Under the pieces are notes generated by a model. That model was not told the origin of the DNA, searched no databases, and worked only from the letters and a program-made list of their open reading frames with translations. From contig JAADEI010000009.1 in assembly GCA_013153515.1 (NCBI GenBank), positions 1 through 49,446 on the forward strand: DNA of 49,446 nt. Direction: 5' to 3'. Of the stretch, positions 37,670-47,137 are shown piece by piece (position 1 is the first letter of the stretch; the number at the start of each line of letters is the position of its first letter). The DNA comes from Chlorobiota bacterium. GTDB taxonomy: Bacteria; Bacteroidota; Bacteroidia; JAADEI01. The translations under genes were made by a program, and so were the position numbers.

Positions 37670-37684
37670 TGGAATGGCTTTTGT
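37670..37684 (+). promoter_or_regulatory. Degenerate sigma54-like promoter TGGAAT-N5-TTGT upstream of hsp20
   Basis: GG-N10-GT spacing; preceded by three TG(A/G)CAA half-sites. Confidence 0.4.
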
Positions 37685-37729
37685 CTATGTGTGTAGCGAA
37701 CAAAACAAAAAACCTAAAATAAGATAGCC

Positions 37730-38158
37730 ATGACGAGAGGATTACCAATGACTTCTGGAAACATTTGGGACGAATTAAACCAAGTGTTGGAAACATTCTT
37801 TGGGAACAAGGACGTGGAGGTCTATAGCGTCCCTGCTGTTAATATAAAGGAATTGCCTGACAGGTTCGTCCTTGAAATGGCAGTTCCGGGATTCAACAAA
37901 GAAGACATTAAGATTGAAGTTGACGACGGCATTTTGGTCGTCAGGGGAGAGAAGAAGGAAGAGGACAAGCAAGAGGAGAAGGGCAGATGGATGAGACGTG
38001 AGTTTCATATCGTCAAGTTCCAAAGGGCATTCACATTGCCCGACATGGTAGATGCCGATAACATCACTGCTAAGTATGAAAACGGCATCTTAATAATCAA
38101 TCTGCCCAAGATCCCAGAGGCTCAGGAGAAGCCTGCCCGTTTAATTAAAGTGGAATAA
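37730..38158 (+). CDS. Hsp20/alpha-crystallin small heat-shock protein
   Basis: PAVNIKE, .PGF.KEDI.I, RREF...F.R.F.LP, A.YENGIL.I.LPK. Confidence 0.95.
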   Translation: MTRGLPMTSGNIWDELNQVLETFFGNKDVEVYSVPAVNIKELPDRFVLEMAVPGFNKEDIKIEVDDGILVVRGEKKEEDKQEEKGRWMRREFHIVKFQRAFTLPDMVDADNITAKYENGILIINLPKIPEAQEKPARLIKVE

Positions 38159-38849
38159 TTTTGCAGTAGCCCCAACCACCCGCTACAGTGCCGGGGTTGT
38201 TCCCTTCATGTGGGGGACGCCCCGGCTTTTTTATTAATATGGATAGATACATTTGCGAATCGTGTAATAAGGCGGTATAGCCGACAAATCGGTCATTGTC
38301 CACAAGGACAGAGGAAGTCCAGAGTTTCCGCACAATGTCTTTAAAACTTTCAGGAACCTTTGTTTCTTGGATAGACAAACACAACACTTTAAAGAACGAC
38401 TTAGGAATTCCACGAGCCAGAAGTATTTTCAAGCCTGCTTCTTTAAGAGACCAGAGGATAGTGAGGCTTTGAAGGAATGGGGCATCGGCAACTGAATCAA
38501 GGGGATGCATAAATCGTCTTCTCACCCTTGCTATTGCGGGATATGGTCTTTGGAGGTCTATCCCAACGGGGTTATGTTGGCTTGTTGCCACCGCACATAA
38601 TCCGTCATCGTGAGTAAAGGAGATTTGAACATTATTTCCGAGTATTGGGCATCCGTTGGCATAGCGAAGTTTGTATATTGAACCGGGATACATCTTATCC
38701 AATAGGGAGAGGCACGTGGCGTGTTGCAACCGCCGTCTATGGTTGGAAATTATGTTTATTTTGCCCAAGCCTTCATATTCGGCAGGTATTTCATTAAGCA
38801 GTTGTGAAATGCCCACCTTGAACAATCCACAATCAATTATTTTCTTCAC
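38145..38849 (-). CDS. 4'-phosphopantetheinyl transferase superfamily protein
   Basis: NG.P, ISFTHD, VGIDLQ, WSLKEA. GTG 38849 preferred over 38939 (avoids overlap with the M28 gene; -7-like box 5 nt upstream). Confidence 0.8.
   Translation of the reverse strand: MKKIIDCGLFKVGISQLLNEIPAEYEGLGKINIISNHRRRLQHATCLSLLDKMYPGSIYKLRYANGCPILGNNVQISFTHDDGLCAVATSQHNPVGIDLQRPYPAIARVRRRFMHPLDSVADAPFLQSLTILWSLKEAGLKILLARGIPKSFFKVLCLSIQETKVPESFKDIVRKLWTSSVLVDNDRFVGYTALLHDSQMYLSILIKKPGRPPHEGNNPGTVAGGWGYCKIIPL
38190..38232 (+). terminator. Rho-independent terminator of hsp20
   Basis: GCCGGGG (38190-38196) pairs with CCCCGGC (38220-38226), with an extended inner stem, followed by T6. Confidence 0.85.
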
Positions 38850-38854
38850 TTCTG

Positions 38855-38872
38855 CGAATATACGTATATTAG
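38855..38872. promoter_or_regulatory. Palindromic back-to-back -7-like elements (TATATTCG on -, TATATTAG on +)
   Basis: Perfect palindrome AATATACGTATATT at 38857-38870 between divergent GTG starts at 38849 and 38880. Confidence 0.5.
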
Positions 38873-38879
38873 CCAAAAA

Positions 38880-40166
38880 GTGATTATGCATCGCATTATT
38901 GCCCTGATGGTTATTTATTCCATTGCCTTTTTGACACATGGGCAGGTTTTGAGGAGCGAGGTCATTGAGATGGTTCGTGTGCTAAGCGATTCGTTTGATG
39001 GCAGGGGCTATCAGAATGATGGGGCTATGCGTTCGGCACAGTGGATAAAAGCAAAGATGAAAGAGATCGGATTGTATCCTGCCTTTGAGAATGGGTATTT
39101 CCAAACGTTCCACTTCCCTTTTAACGTCATTGAAGATTTCAATGTTAACAAGTCGTGGCAAGTGGGCGAGGATTTCTGGTTGCATAACAAGAGCCCAAAC
39201 GGGTCTTTTGAAGGCAAAATTTATGAAGTCCCAGAGAAACTATTAAAAGAAAACCCTGAGAACAGTGTTTCTGAAATCAAAGGAATAATCAAGAAAAATC
39301 AGGGGAAATGGTTTCTTTTCCACATCCACGACGACGCAAACACAGAATGGGAGGGTCTGGCACTGGCTCTGGCTCAAATGTCAACACCAATAGCGGGAAC
39401 TATTATTTGCAAAGGGAAAGAGTTGCCACCATACGGAATACCGGAAGGAGAACCTTTTAAGAAACCTGTATTAACTATAACACACGAAGCAAGCCAATCC
39501 ATATCAAAAAAGGACATACTTAAAGTTACCGTAAGAAGTCAATTCAAGGAGAACCAAGAGGCTGTCAATATAGGAGGATGCTTAAAACCTATTGATTCAG
39601 TGCAGAAAATGGTTCTTCTCACCGCTCATTATGACCATCTGGGACGACTCAAAGATGCTGTGTTTCATGGGGCACACGACAATGCATCTGGAACGGCTTT
39701 TATGCTTGCTCTCATAGACACAATGAAAACTCTTAATCTGCCTATTAATGTGTGTGCTGTGGCTACGGGGGGCGAAGAGACCGGTCTCAACGGGGCTATT
39801 CACCTTTCTGAAAACTTTCCTGTGTCTCTGGATAGCATTGTTTTCTTGATAAATCTTGACTTATGGGGCACTGGCGACGAAGGAATTATGGTAGTGAACG
39901 GGAAGATTGACACTGTTGCATTTGCGATTTTGGACTCTCTGAATGAGGAATGCGATTGCCTGCCACAGATTAAAGCCCGGGGTATTTCAAGGGCGAGCGA
40001 CCACTGGGCATTTCAGGAGAAAGGCGTGAGAACGTTTTTTATCTACACTCTTGGCGGGAATCCCGGCTATCACGTCCCTGATGACACCATAGACAGGCTG
40101 TCTTTCAAAGCGATCAATGGCGGGCTGAGACTTCTTACTGGTTTCATAAAGGCAATTTCGCAATAA
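38880..40166 (+). CDS. M28 family aminopeptidase (exported)
   Basis: Signal peptide, [33 protein letters not shown]. Start GTG 38880 or ATG 38886. Confidence 0.9.
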   Translation: MIMHRIIALMVIYSIAFLTHGQVLRSEVIEMVRVLSDSFDGRGYQNDGAMRSAQWIKAKMKEIGLYPAFENGYFQTFHFPFNVIEDFNVNKSWQVGEDFWLHNKSPNGSFEGKIYEVPEKLLKENPENSVSEIKGIIKKNQGKWFLFHIHDDANTEWEGLALALAQMSTPIAGTIICKGKELPPYGIPEGEPFKKPVLTITHEASQSISKKDILKVTVRSQFKENQEAVNIGGCLKPIDSVQKMVLLTAHYDHLGRLKDAVFHGAHDNASGTAFMLALIDTMKTLNLPINVCAVATGGEETGLNGAIHLSENFPVSLDSIVFLINLDLWGTGDEGIMVVNGKIDTVAFAILDSLNEECDCLPQIKARGISRASDHWAFQEKGVRTFFIYTLGGNPGYHVPDDTIDRLSFKAINGGLRLLTGFIKAISQ

Positions 40167-40176
40167 AAAATGTTTT

Positions 40177-40184
40177 TACTTTTG
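40177..40184 (+). promoter_or_regulatory. -7 promoter element TACTTTTG for glyA
   Basis: Matches TAnnTTTG; 16 nt upstream of ATG 40201. Confidence 0.6.
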
Positions 40185-40200
40185 CTTAAAGGCATTTGCT

Positions 40201-41505
40201 ATGCTTGATAAAGAAATGTTTGCCATTCTAAGCAGGGAATTAGACAGGCAACGAAGGGGGCTTGAACTGATTGCATCTGAAAATTTTGTAAGCCTACAGG
40301 TTCTCAAAGTGATGGGTTCGTGGCTAACTAATAAATATGCTGAGGGGCTTCCCGGAAAGAGATACTATGGGGGCTGTCAACACGTGGATGAAGCAGAAGA
40401 ACTGACGAGGCAACGGGCAAAAGAACTGTTTGGGGCAGAATGGGTTAATGTGCAACCACATTCGGGAGCCCAAGCCAACATGGCTGTTTTCTTTGCTGTC
40501 CTGAAACCCGGAGACACCTTCCTTGGTTTGAACTTAGCCCATGGGGGGCACCTAACCCACGGGGCACCAGTCAACTTCTCTGGTAAGTATTTCAATCCTG
40601 TGTATTATTCCCTTGACCCTGAAACTGGTCTAATCAACTATGATGAGATAGAACGGCTTGCCCGGGAACATAAACCCAAATTGATTATTGCCGGTGCATC
40701 GGCATATTCAAGGGATTGGGACTATGCCCGAATGAGGCAGATTGCCGATGAAGTGGGGGCGGTTCTGATGGCTGACATTGCCCATCCGGCTGGACTAATA
40801 GCAAAGAAACTACTCAACGACCCGTTGAAGCATTGCCATGTGGTAACCACAACAACACACAAGACTTTACGGGGACCACGGGGCGGAATGATTATGATAG
40901 GTAAGGACTTTCCCAACCCGATGGGCATCACCACCAAGAAGGGAACAGTTCGCAAGATGAGTTCTGTCCTTGACAGTGCTGTGTTTCCCGGAATTCAGGG
41001 GGGACCTTTGGAACACGTCATTGCTGCCAAAGGAGTGGCATTTTATGAAGCATTGCAACCATCCTTTGAAGAATATGCCCGGCAGGTAATTGCCAACGCC
41101 AAAGCGATGGTTAAAGCCTTTCAGGAACTTGATTATCACATTGTTTCAGGGGGCACCGACAACCACCTATTTCTTATAGACCTGCGGAACAAGGGAATCA
41201 CTGGAAAAGAAGCGGAAGAAACCCTTGAGAAAGTTGACATTACGCTAAACAAGAACATGGTTCCGGGAGACGACAAGTCGCCGATGATAACTTCCGGCAT
41301 CCGAATTGGAACACCTGCAATCACAACAAGGGGAATCACCACTGAACATATTCCTAAGATAGTTGAATGGATAGACCGGGCTTTGACATATAGGGATAAT
41401 GAAACAGAACTAAGGCAAATCAAGAGGGAGGTAAACGAATTCATGAGGCAATTCCCGTTATATCCAGAGGTTGACACCGACCCGTTCTTCGCTGAATTGC
41501 TTTGA
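40201..41505 (+). CDS. glyA: Serine hydroxymethyltransferase
   Basis: LIASENF, NKYAEG.PG.RYYGG, GGHLTHG, PLP lysine in [21 protein letters not shown]. Confidence 0.98.
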   Translation: MLDKEMFAILSRELDRQRRGLELIASENFVSLQVLKVMGSWLTNKYAEGLPGKRYYGGCQHVDEAEELTRQRAKELFGAEWVNVQPHSGAQANMAVFFAVLKPGDTFLGLNLAHGGHLTHGAPVNFSGKYFNPVYYSLDPETGLINYDEIERLAREHKPKLIIAGASAYSRDWDYARMRQIADEVGAVLMADIAHPAGLIAKKLLNDPLKHCHVVTTTTHKTLRGPRGGMIMIGKDFPNPMGITTKKGTVRKMSSVLDSAVFPGIQGGPLEHVIAAKGVAFYEALQPSFEEYARQVIANAKAMVKAFQELDYHIVSGGTDNHLFLIDLRNKGITGKEAEETLEKVDITLNKNMVPGDDKSPMITSGIRIGTPAITTRGITTEHIPKIVEWIDRALTYRDNETELRQIKREVNEFMRQFPLYPEVDTDPFFAELL

Positions 41506-41510
41506 AAATA

Positions 41511-42044
41511 ATGAGAAAGATGCGGCTGGTAATCATAATAGCACTGATGCTAAGTGTCGTGGCATGCACTTCAAAAAGAGAGAAATACCTTGAAGAAATC
41601 AGGCAAGTGGAACAACAAGTTTTTGATACAACCAAGATTCCCACTGCCAAAGAGATGGAAATGCTTGCCGAAATGTATCTTGAATATGCCAAAGAGTTTC
41701 CCGAAGACACCATTAGTCCATTGTTTATGCTTCGTAGTGCTGAACTGTTCAAACTTTCCGGGAAGCCTGCCAAGGGATTTGCTCTTCTGGATTCCATCTA
41801 TGTTAAGTATCCCGATAGCAGATGGGCACCGGCTGCTCTACTCACTGCCGCAATCTGGTATGACCAAGAGGCGAGGGACATAGCCCGAGCCCGCCAGAAA
41901 CTGCTAACCATAATAGAAAAATATCCCGATTCTGAATTTGCCGACGACGCCCAGAAAATGCTTGACCTGCTGGACAAGTCGCCAGAGGAGATTTTGGAGA
42001 TGCTGGAGGGGGAAAGCAAGCCTATACAAGGTTCTGGCTCTTAG
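41511..42044 (+). CDS. TPR-repeat lipoprotein (BamD/CpoB-like fold)
   Basis: Lipobox VVAC; repeated F/YP.S..A..A TPR turns. Start 41511 or 41520 (ORF track gives 41502). Confidence 0.75.
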   Translation: MRKMRLVIIIALMLSVVACTSKREKYLEEIRQVEQQVFDTTKIPTAKEMEMLAEMYLEYAKEFPEDTISPLFMLRSAELFKLSGKPAKGFALLDSIYVKYPDSRWAPAALLTAAIWYDQEARDIARARQKLLTIIEKYPDSEFADDAQKMLDLLDKSPEEILEMLEGESKPIQGSGS

Positions 42045-42098
42045 GAATATAAAGGGGTATTGAGATAGAATTTTCTAATTTCGTTATGAGGGAAAAAT

Positions 42099-45000
42099 GT
42101 GTTTATGATGAAGCTGGGGGATATGTTAAAAACATACATAAAACATATTTTTGATTTATGGCATCGTGATGCCCGTGAAGAAAGCCTGTATCCTGCATTA
42201 AAGGAATTACTTGAGAATATGGCAGAGATTCTTGGTCATAGAGAAATTGACATAACTGTTTTGCCGAAGAAGACGGATGCTGGTAACCCAGACTTTCGTG
42301 TTTGGGATGGACACGCAAAAGTCATCGGGTATTTAGAAGCAAAGAGTCCAAATGTGCAAAGCCTTGATTATATCGCTAATTCTGAACAATTAGAAAGATA
42401 TAAAAACACCTTCCCTAATCTGATTTTAACCGATTTCCTTAATTTCTATCTGTTCCGCAATGGCGTTTTAATAAAAACAGTATTGATTGCCCGAAAAGAG
42501 CTTTTTCTAAATAAGGTTCTACCACCTATTGAAAATGAAGAAACGTTTAAGGATTTACTTGAGGATTTTCTTTCTTTTTCAACACCCGCTTACACTTCTG
42601 CCCGCCAATTGGCAAAGGCGTTGGCACATAAAACTAAGTTTCTAAGGGATGAGATTCTTGAAACAGAATTAGAGAACAATTCTTACTTAAAGGGCTTAAA
42701 AGAAGTCATAGAAAAGGATTTAGTTCATGGACTTACGAATAAGCAATTCGTTGACATGTATGCTCAAACTATCACCTATGGTTTGTTCGCTGCACGAATG
42801 AGGGCTCAAAATCCAGAACAATTCACACGAATAACCGCAATTCAATATATTCCTAAGTCAATAGGCGTTCTCTACGAGCTGTTTAAGTTTATTTCTGTAA
42901 TGTCCGAACTGCCTGCCAATTTACAAGTCATAATTGATGACATAGTTGATGTTCTTCGCAACACAGACATTAACGCTATTTTAAGCCAATACAAGAAATC
43001 GCGAGGGGACGACGACCCAATAATCCACTTCTATGAAACTTTTCTGGAAGAATTTGACCCGGAGTTAAGGGAGCATCGTGGAATATACTACACACCGTTG
43101 CCTGTAGTTAAATATATCGTTTCTGCTGTGGACTATCTTCTGAAAAATAAATTTCAAAAGGGGGATGGGCTTGCCAACCAATCTGTTAAAATTTTAGACC
43201 CTGCCGCAGGAACAATTACATTCTTAGCCCAAGCTATTCATAAAGCACTTAGAAATGTTAAAGAGACATATGGTTCGGGCTTTATACGTAAGACCATAAA
43301 AGACCATATTTTGAATAATTTTTATGGGTTTGAATTAATGATGGCACCTTACACTATTGGACATATTAAGGCAGGCTTCACCTTAGAAGAATACAACTAC
43401 ACCCTTAGTGAAAATGAAAGGTTCCCATTATACTTAACTAACACATTGGAAATGCATCCACCGGAGAAAAACCTTTTATTGCCACTACTGAGTAAAGAAG
43501 GCGAAGAAGCTTTGAAAATAAAGCGAGAAACTCCCATCTTAGTGATTATGGGAAATCCACCATATAGTGGGCACTCCGCCAATCAGAATGAATGGATAAA
43601 TCAACTAATCAAAGAAGACATAAATAATTTACAGAGCTATTTCAAGTGTGATGGTAAACCTTTGGAAGAGAAAAATCCCAAGTGGCTACAGGACGACTAT
43701 GTTAAATTTTTACGCTTTGCCCAGTGGAAAATTTCCAAACACGGAATGGGAATAGTGGCGATGATTACTAATCACAGTTATTTAGATAATCCTACTTTTC
43801 GGGGGATGCGACAAAGTCTTATGAAAACGTTTGACGAAATTTATATTCTTGATCTACATGGAAATTCCCTAAAAAAGGAGAAGACGCCTGATGGCAGACC
43901 AGATGAAAATGTTTTTGACATTAGGCAGGGAGTTGCCATAGGAATTTTTGTAAAACTTGGGCGTAACAAAAAAACGTCTTATGCCAAGGTATATCATGCT
44001 GACTTGTATGGAACAAGAGAGGAAAAGTATCAATGGCTTTCTAAAAGGAAGTTTAGTCCAAGGCAATTTAAACGTATTAACCCAGAGAGTCCATTCTACT
44101 TTTTTTTTATTCCACGAGATACTACATTAGGCAAGCAATACAGAAAATGGAAAAGCATTAATGAAATTTTCCCATTGCATAGCGTGGGGATAGTTACAGG
44201 AAGGGACGAAGTAACGATAAAAGAGAATCCAGAACAGATGTGGAATGCCGTACTGACATATAATAGAGCAGAACACAATGTTCTCAAGCAACTCACTGGA
44301 ATCAAGAAGGACGAAAGATTAGAACAGTTCAGAAAAGATATAGCCAATCCAGATAAGAAAAAAATTGTTCCTGTCTTATACAGGCCATTTGACGTGAGAT
44401 ACACTTACTATACAGGCACATCCAATGGGTTTCACGAGCGTCCAAGGAAAGAAGTGATGAGGCATATGTTACAAGTAGATAATTTGGCTTTAATAACACA
44501 CAAGCGAGAAGAGGTAAAAGTGCCTTGGTCACACGCTCTGATTACAGACAAGATTAGCGAACATGGTTGTTTGTCTCCCAAAACAACTTCCTATCATTTT
44601 CCTTTATACAAGTCTCTCCAAAATGACTTATTCAACAATGGCTTTACAAAGAATAATGGAACGAATGGGCATAAGCCTAATATTGATGAGAAGGTTTGGC
44701 AAAAGCTCAAAAAGACGTACGGCTCTGTGAGTCCAGAAGATATTTTATATTACATATATGCAGTGTTGTATAGTAATGTCTACAGGAGACGTTATAGCGA
44801 ATTCCTAAAATATGATTTTCCAAGAGTCCCATATCCAAGGGATGTAAAGTTATTTAGGGAATTATCCAATTTAGGCAGGGAGTTAGCAGAATTACATTTA
44901 TTAAAGAGTCCTAAATTGCGTCGTCCTATGGCTAAATATGAAGGATCTGGAAGCGACAAGATAGATAAAATTTCATATGATGAAGAAAACCAAAGGATAT

Positions 45001-45224
45001 ATATAAATGAGAGCCAATACTTTGAGCCTGTTCCTGCTGAAGTATGGAATTACCATATCGGCGGCTACCAAGTTCTGAAAAAATGGCTAAAGGACAGGAA
45101 AAGCGAAACAATAGACCCTTTGCACTATTTAAAAATCATCACTGCTATAAAAGAAACCATTGCGATACAAAAGCAAATAGATAAGTTATATCCAAAAACT
45201 GAAAAAAATCCACTTGTTTTTTAG
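42099..45224 (+). CDS. Single-chain Type IIG-like restriction-modification enzyme (PD-ExK nuclease, m6A methyltransferase, Type ISP-like specificity domain)
   Basis: N-terminal PDF...YLEAK nuclease, G.YYTP (motif X), LDPAAGT (motif I), GNPPY (motif IV), DDYVKF.R, C-terminal YRPFD and W.Y.IGGYQV..KWLK. No helicase motifs. Start may be 42105-42123. Confidence 0.85.
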   Translation: MFMMKLGDMLKTYIKHIFDLWHRDAREESLYPALKELLENMAEILGHREIDITVLPKKTDAGNPDFRVWDGHAKVIGYLEAKSPNVQSLDYIANSEQLERYKNTFPNLILTDFLNFYLFRNGVLIKTVLIARKELFLNKVLPPIENEETFKDLLEDFLSFSTPAYTSARQLAKALAHKTKFLRDEILETELENNSYLKGLKEVIEKDLVHGLTNKQFVDMYAQTITYGLFAARMRAQNPEQFTRITAIQYIPKSIGVLYELFKFISVMSELPANLQVIIDDIVDVLRNTDINAILSQYKKSRGDDDPIIHFYETFLEEFDPELREHRGIYYTPLPVVKYIVSAVDYLLKNKFQKGDGLANQSVKILDPAAGTITFLAQAIHKALRNVKETYGSGFIRKTIKDHILNNFYGFELMMAPYTIGHIKAGFTLEEYNYTLSENERFPLYLTNTLEMHPPEKNLLLPLLSKEGEEALKIKRETPILVIMGNPPYSGHSANQNEWINQLIKEDINNLQSYFKCDGKPLEEKNPKWLQDDYVKFLRFAQWKISKHGMGIVAMITNHSYLDNPTFRGMRQSLMKTFDEIYILDLHGNSLKKEKTPDGRPDENVFDIRQGVAIGIFVKLGRNKKTSYAKVYHADLYGTREEKYQWLSKRKFSPRQFKRINPESPFYFFFIPRDTTLGKQYRKWKSINEIFPLHSVGIVTGRDEVTIKENPEQMWNAVLTYNRAEHNVLKQLTGIKKDERLEQFRKDIANPDKKKIVPVLYRPFDVRYTYYTGTSNGFHERPRKEVMRHMLQVDNLALITHKREEVKVPWSHALITDKISEHGCLSPKTTSYHFPLYKSLQNDLFNNGFTKNNGTNGHKPNIDEKVWQKLKKTYGSVSPEDILYYIYAVLYSNVYRRRYSEFLKYDFPRVPYPRDVKLFRELSNLGRELAELHLLKSPKLRRPMAKYEGSGSDKIDKISYDEENQRIYINESQYFEPVPAEVWNYHIGGYQVLKKWLKDRKSETIDPLHYLKIITAIKETIAIQKQIDKLYPKTEKNPLVF

Positions 45225-45280
45225 AGACTGTCCCGGTGAACCACAACTTTAGTATTGGGTATAAACACTTGTTTATGTAA

Positions 45281-47041
45281 TTATGTTTTTATTAATTTAA
45301 GTTTTCTTTCTTTCCATTCTTCAATTTCGTGCCATGAGCGAGTGTTGAGGATGTTTTCAGGCGTGCACCAGGCTCGTCTGGCTATTTTAACGGCTATTTC
45401 CATGAAGAAGAAGTTGCTGTTGTAGTGTGCGTCTGTTGCGAGGGTTAGCATGACTCCTGCTTGTCTGGCTTCAAAGGCGAGGTTGTCAGGAAGGTCCATT
45501 CTGTCTGGTTGCCCGTTTATTTCAAGAGCGGTTCCTGTTTTCAAGCAGGTTTCAATAATTTGGGGAAAGTTCAAAGGATAGGGGTCTCGTTGCCCTATTA
45601 TTCTGCCTGTTGGATGTCCAATCACGTGCACATAGGGGTTTTGACAGGCTTTAATTATTCTGTCTGTGTTATCTCTGTTGAAATGGGAGTGTATAGAAGC
45701 GACGACGAAGTCCAGTTTAGCAAGTATTTCATCTGGGAGGTCAAGTGTTCCATCTGGGAGAATATCCACTTCGGCACCTGCTTTGACGAAGTCTGTTCCC
45801 AATTCGGCGTTTATTTTCTTGATTTCTTCAATTTGTTTAAGAAATCGTTCTGGGGTTAGCCCGTTTGCTACGCGCACTGCCTGCGAATGGTCAGTTAGGA
45901 CAAAATACTCATAATTGAAGTTTTTCATAAGGAAATCTGCTATTTTGATTATCGGTAGGGACCCATCGCTCCATTCAGAGTGAGATTGCATATCTCCTTT
46001 AATGTCATCAAGAGAGACAAGATTGGGTATTTTATGTTGAAGAGCCAGTTCCACCTCTCCTCTGTTTTCACGCATTTCAGGAGGAATCCATTGCATTCCG
46101 ATTGCGGAATATACTTCTTCTTCTGTGGAACCTGCTATTTTTTCGTTTGAATCTATTTTAAAAACTCCGTATTCATTAATTTTTAAGCCCTTTTCTCTGG
46201 CTATTTCTCTAACTCTGACGTTGTGGTCTTTGCTTCCAGTGAAGTATTGCAACGCAGCGCCCCATTGATCGGGAACTATTACTCTGAGGTCCACTTGTCT
46301 GTCTTCTTCGTCGGAAATAATGCTGGCTTTAGTGGTGCCTGCGAGAATTACTTCTTTGACGGAAGGTAGTTTTGTAAATGCTTCAATTATCTCATGATGA
46401 TGTTCCCTATTTGCACTGACAAGGATGTCTATGTCGCCAATTGTTTCCTTGCCTCTTCTAAGGCTTCCGGCAACTTCAATGTTCAAAATTTTGTCTCCTG
46501 CCTTTTCTTTCAATTCAGAAACTAAACCTCGTGATATTTGTAGTGCTTTCCAGTATAGGATTCGTTCTTTTGATTGTTGTAGGAGTTCCAATCCATGTAA
46601 AATTTTTTCTATCTTTTTTGGACCGAAGCCTTTTAGTTGGGCTGCTTTTCCGCTTTTGAGAATTTCAATCAATTCTTCCTTTGTGGTTATTCCGAAAGCA
46701 TCGTGGAGTGTTTTAAGTGTTTTTGGACCCAGTCCAGGAACTTCCATTAGTTCAATGAAGTCTGGGGGCACTTGCTGTTTGAGTTCTTCATATTTTTTAA
46801 TTGTTCCTGTTTCAATGAATTCTTTAATTTTCTCAACTGTTCGTTTCCCTATGCCGTGAACCTTTGTCAAATCGTGATCTTTCATGTATTCTTCTATGTC
46901 CACGGGCAGGCTACTTATTATCTGTGCTGCTTTTTCATAGACCCGTGCTCTGAACATATTTCCTGTTCCGCCGAGATATTCGCTCATTGCCGCCATTTCT
47001 TTAAAAATTCTTGCCAATCTTCTGTTTCGTGGTGTTGACAT
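45281..47041 (-). CDS. polX: DNA polymerase X with PHP 3'-5' exonuclease domain
   Basis: HhH motifs GIGKRT, GLGPKT, GFGPK; GSLRR; catalytic GDIDIL and VDLR; YFTGS; PHP QSHS..SDG, TDHS, HPTGR, TDAH. Confidence 0.95.
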   Translation of the reverse strand: MSTPRNRRLARIFKEMAAMSEYLGGTGNMFRARVYEKAAQIISSLPVDIEEYMKDHDLTKVHGIGKRTVEKIKEFIETGTIKKYEELKQQVPPDFIELMEVPGLGPKTLKTLHDAFGITTKEELIEILKSGKAAQLKGFGPKKIEKILHGLELLQQSKERILYWKALQISRGLVSELKEKAGDKILNIEVAGSLRRGKETIGDIDILVSANREHHHEIIEAFTKLPSVKEVILAGTTKASIISDEEDRQVDLRVIVPDQWGAALQYFTGSKDHNVRVREIAREKGLKINEYGVFKIDSNEKIAGSTEEEVYSAIGMQWIPPEMRENRGEVELALQHKIPNLVSLDDIKGDMQSHSEWSDGSLPIIKIADFLMKNFNYEYFVLTDHSQAVRVANGLTPERFLKQIEEIKKINAELGTDFVKAGAEVDILPDGTLDLPDEILAKLDFVVASIHSHFNRDNTDRIIKACQNPYVHVIGHPTGRIIGQRDPYPLNFPQIIETCLKTGTALEINGQPDRMDLPDNLAFEARQAGVMLTLATDAHYNSNFFFMEIAVKIARRAWCTPENILNTRSWHEIEEWKERKLKLIKT

Positions 47042-47137
47042 ATCACATCTATTTTTTCACTAATTTATCTTATCTTGATGAAAGAACCGACGGCATCTTG
47101 GTGTCGTTTAAATTAAATAGGCAAAAACCATGGACTT

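Noticed and set aside
43195-43225. RM motif I reads DPAAGTITF rather than DPAxGxG
   Set aside because: The other methyltransferase motifs and the nuclease motif are intact. I recall similar variants in this family but could not verify, so I do not call it inactive.
45261-45276. Inverted repeat ATAAACA-CT-TGTTTAT between the RM gene and polX
   Set aside because: AT-rich with a 2-nt loop; too weak to call as a terminator or element end.
45985-46000. PolX PHP motif QSH instead of HxH
   Set aside because: A Gln at this position is known in active Thermus PolX, so it is not evidence of loss.
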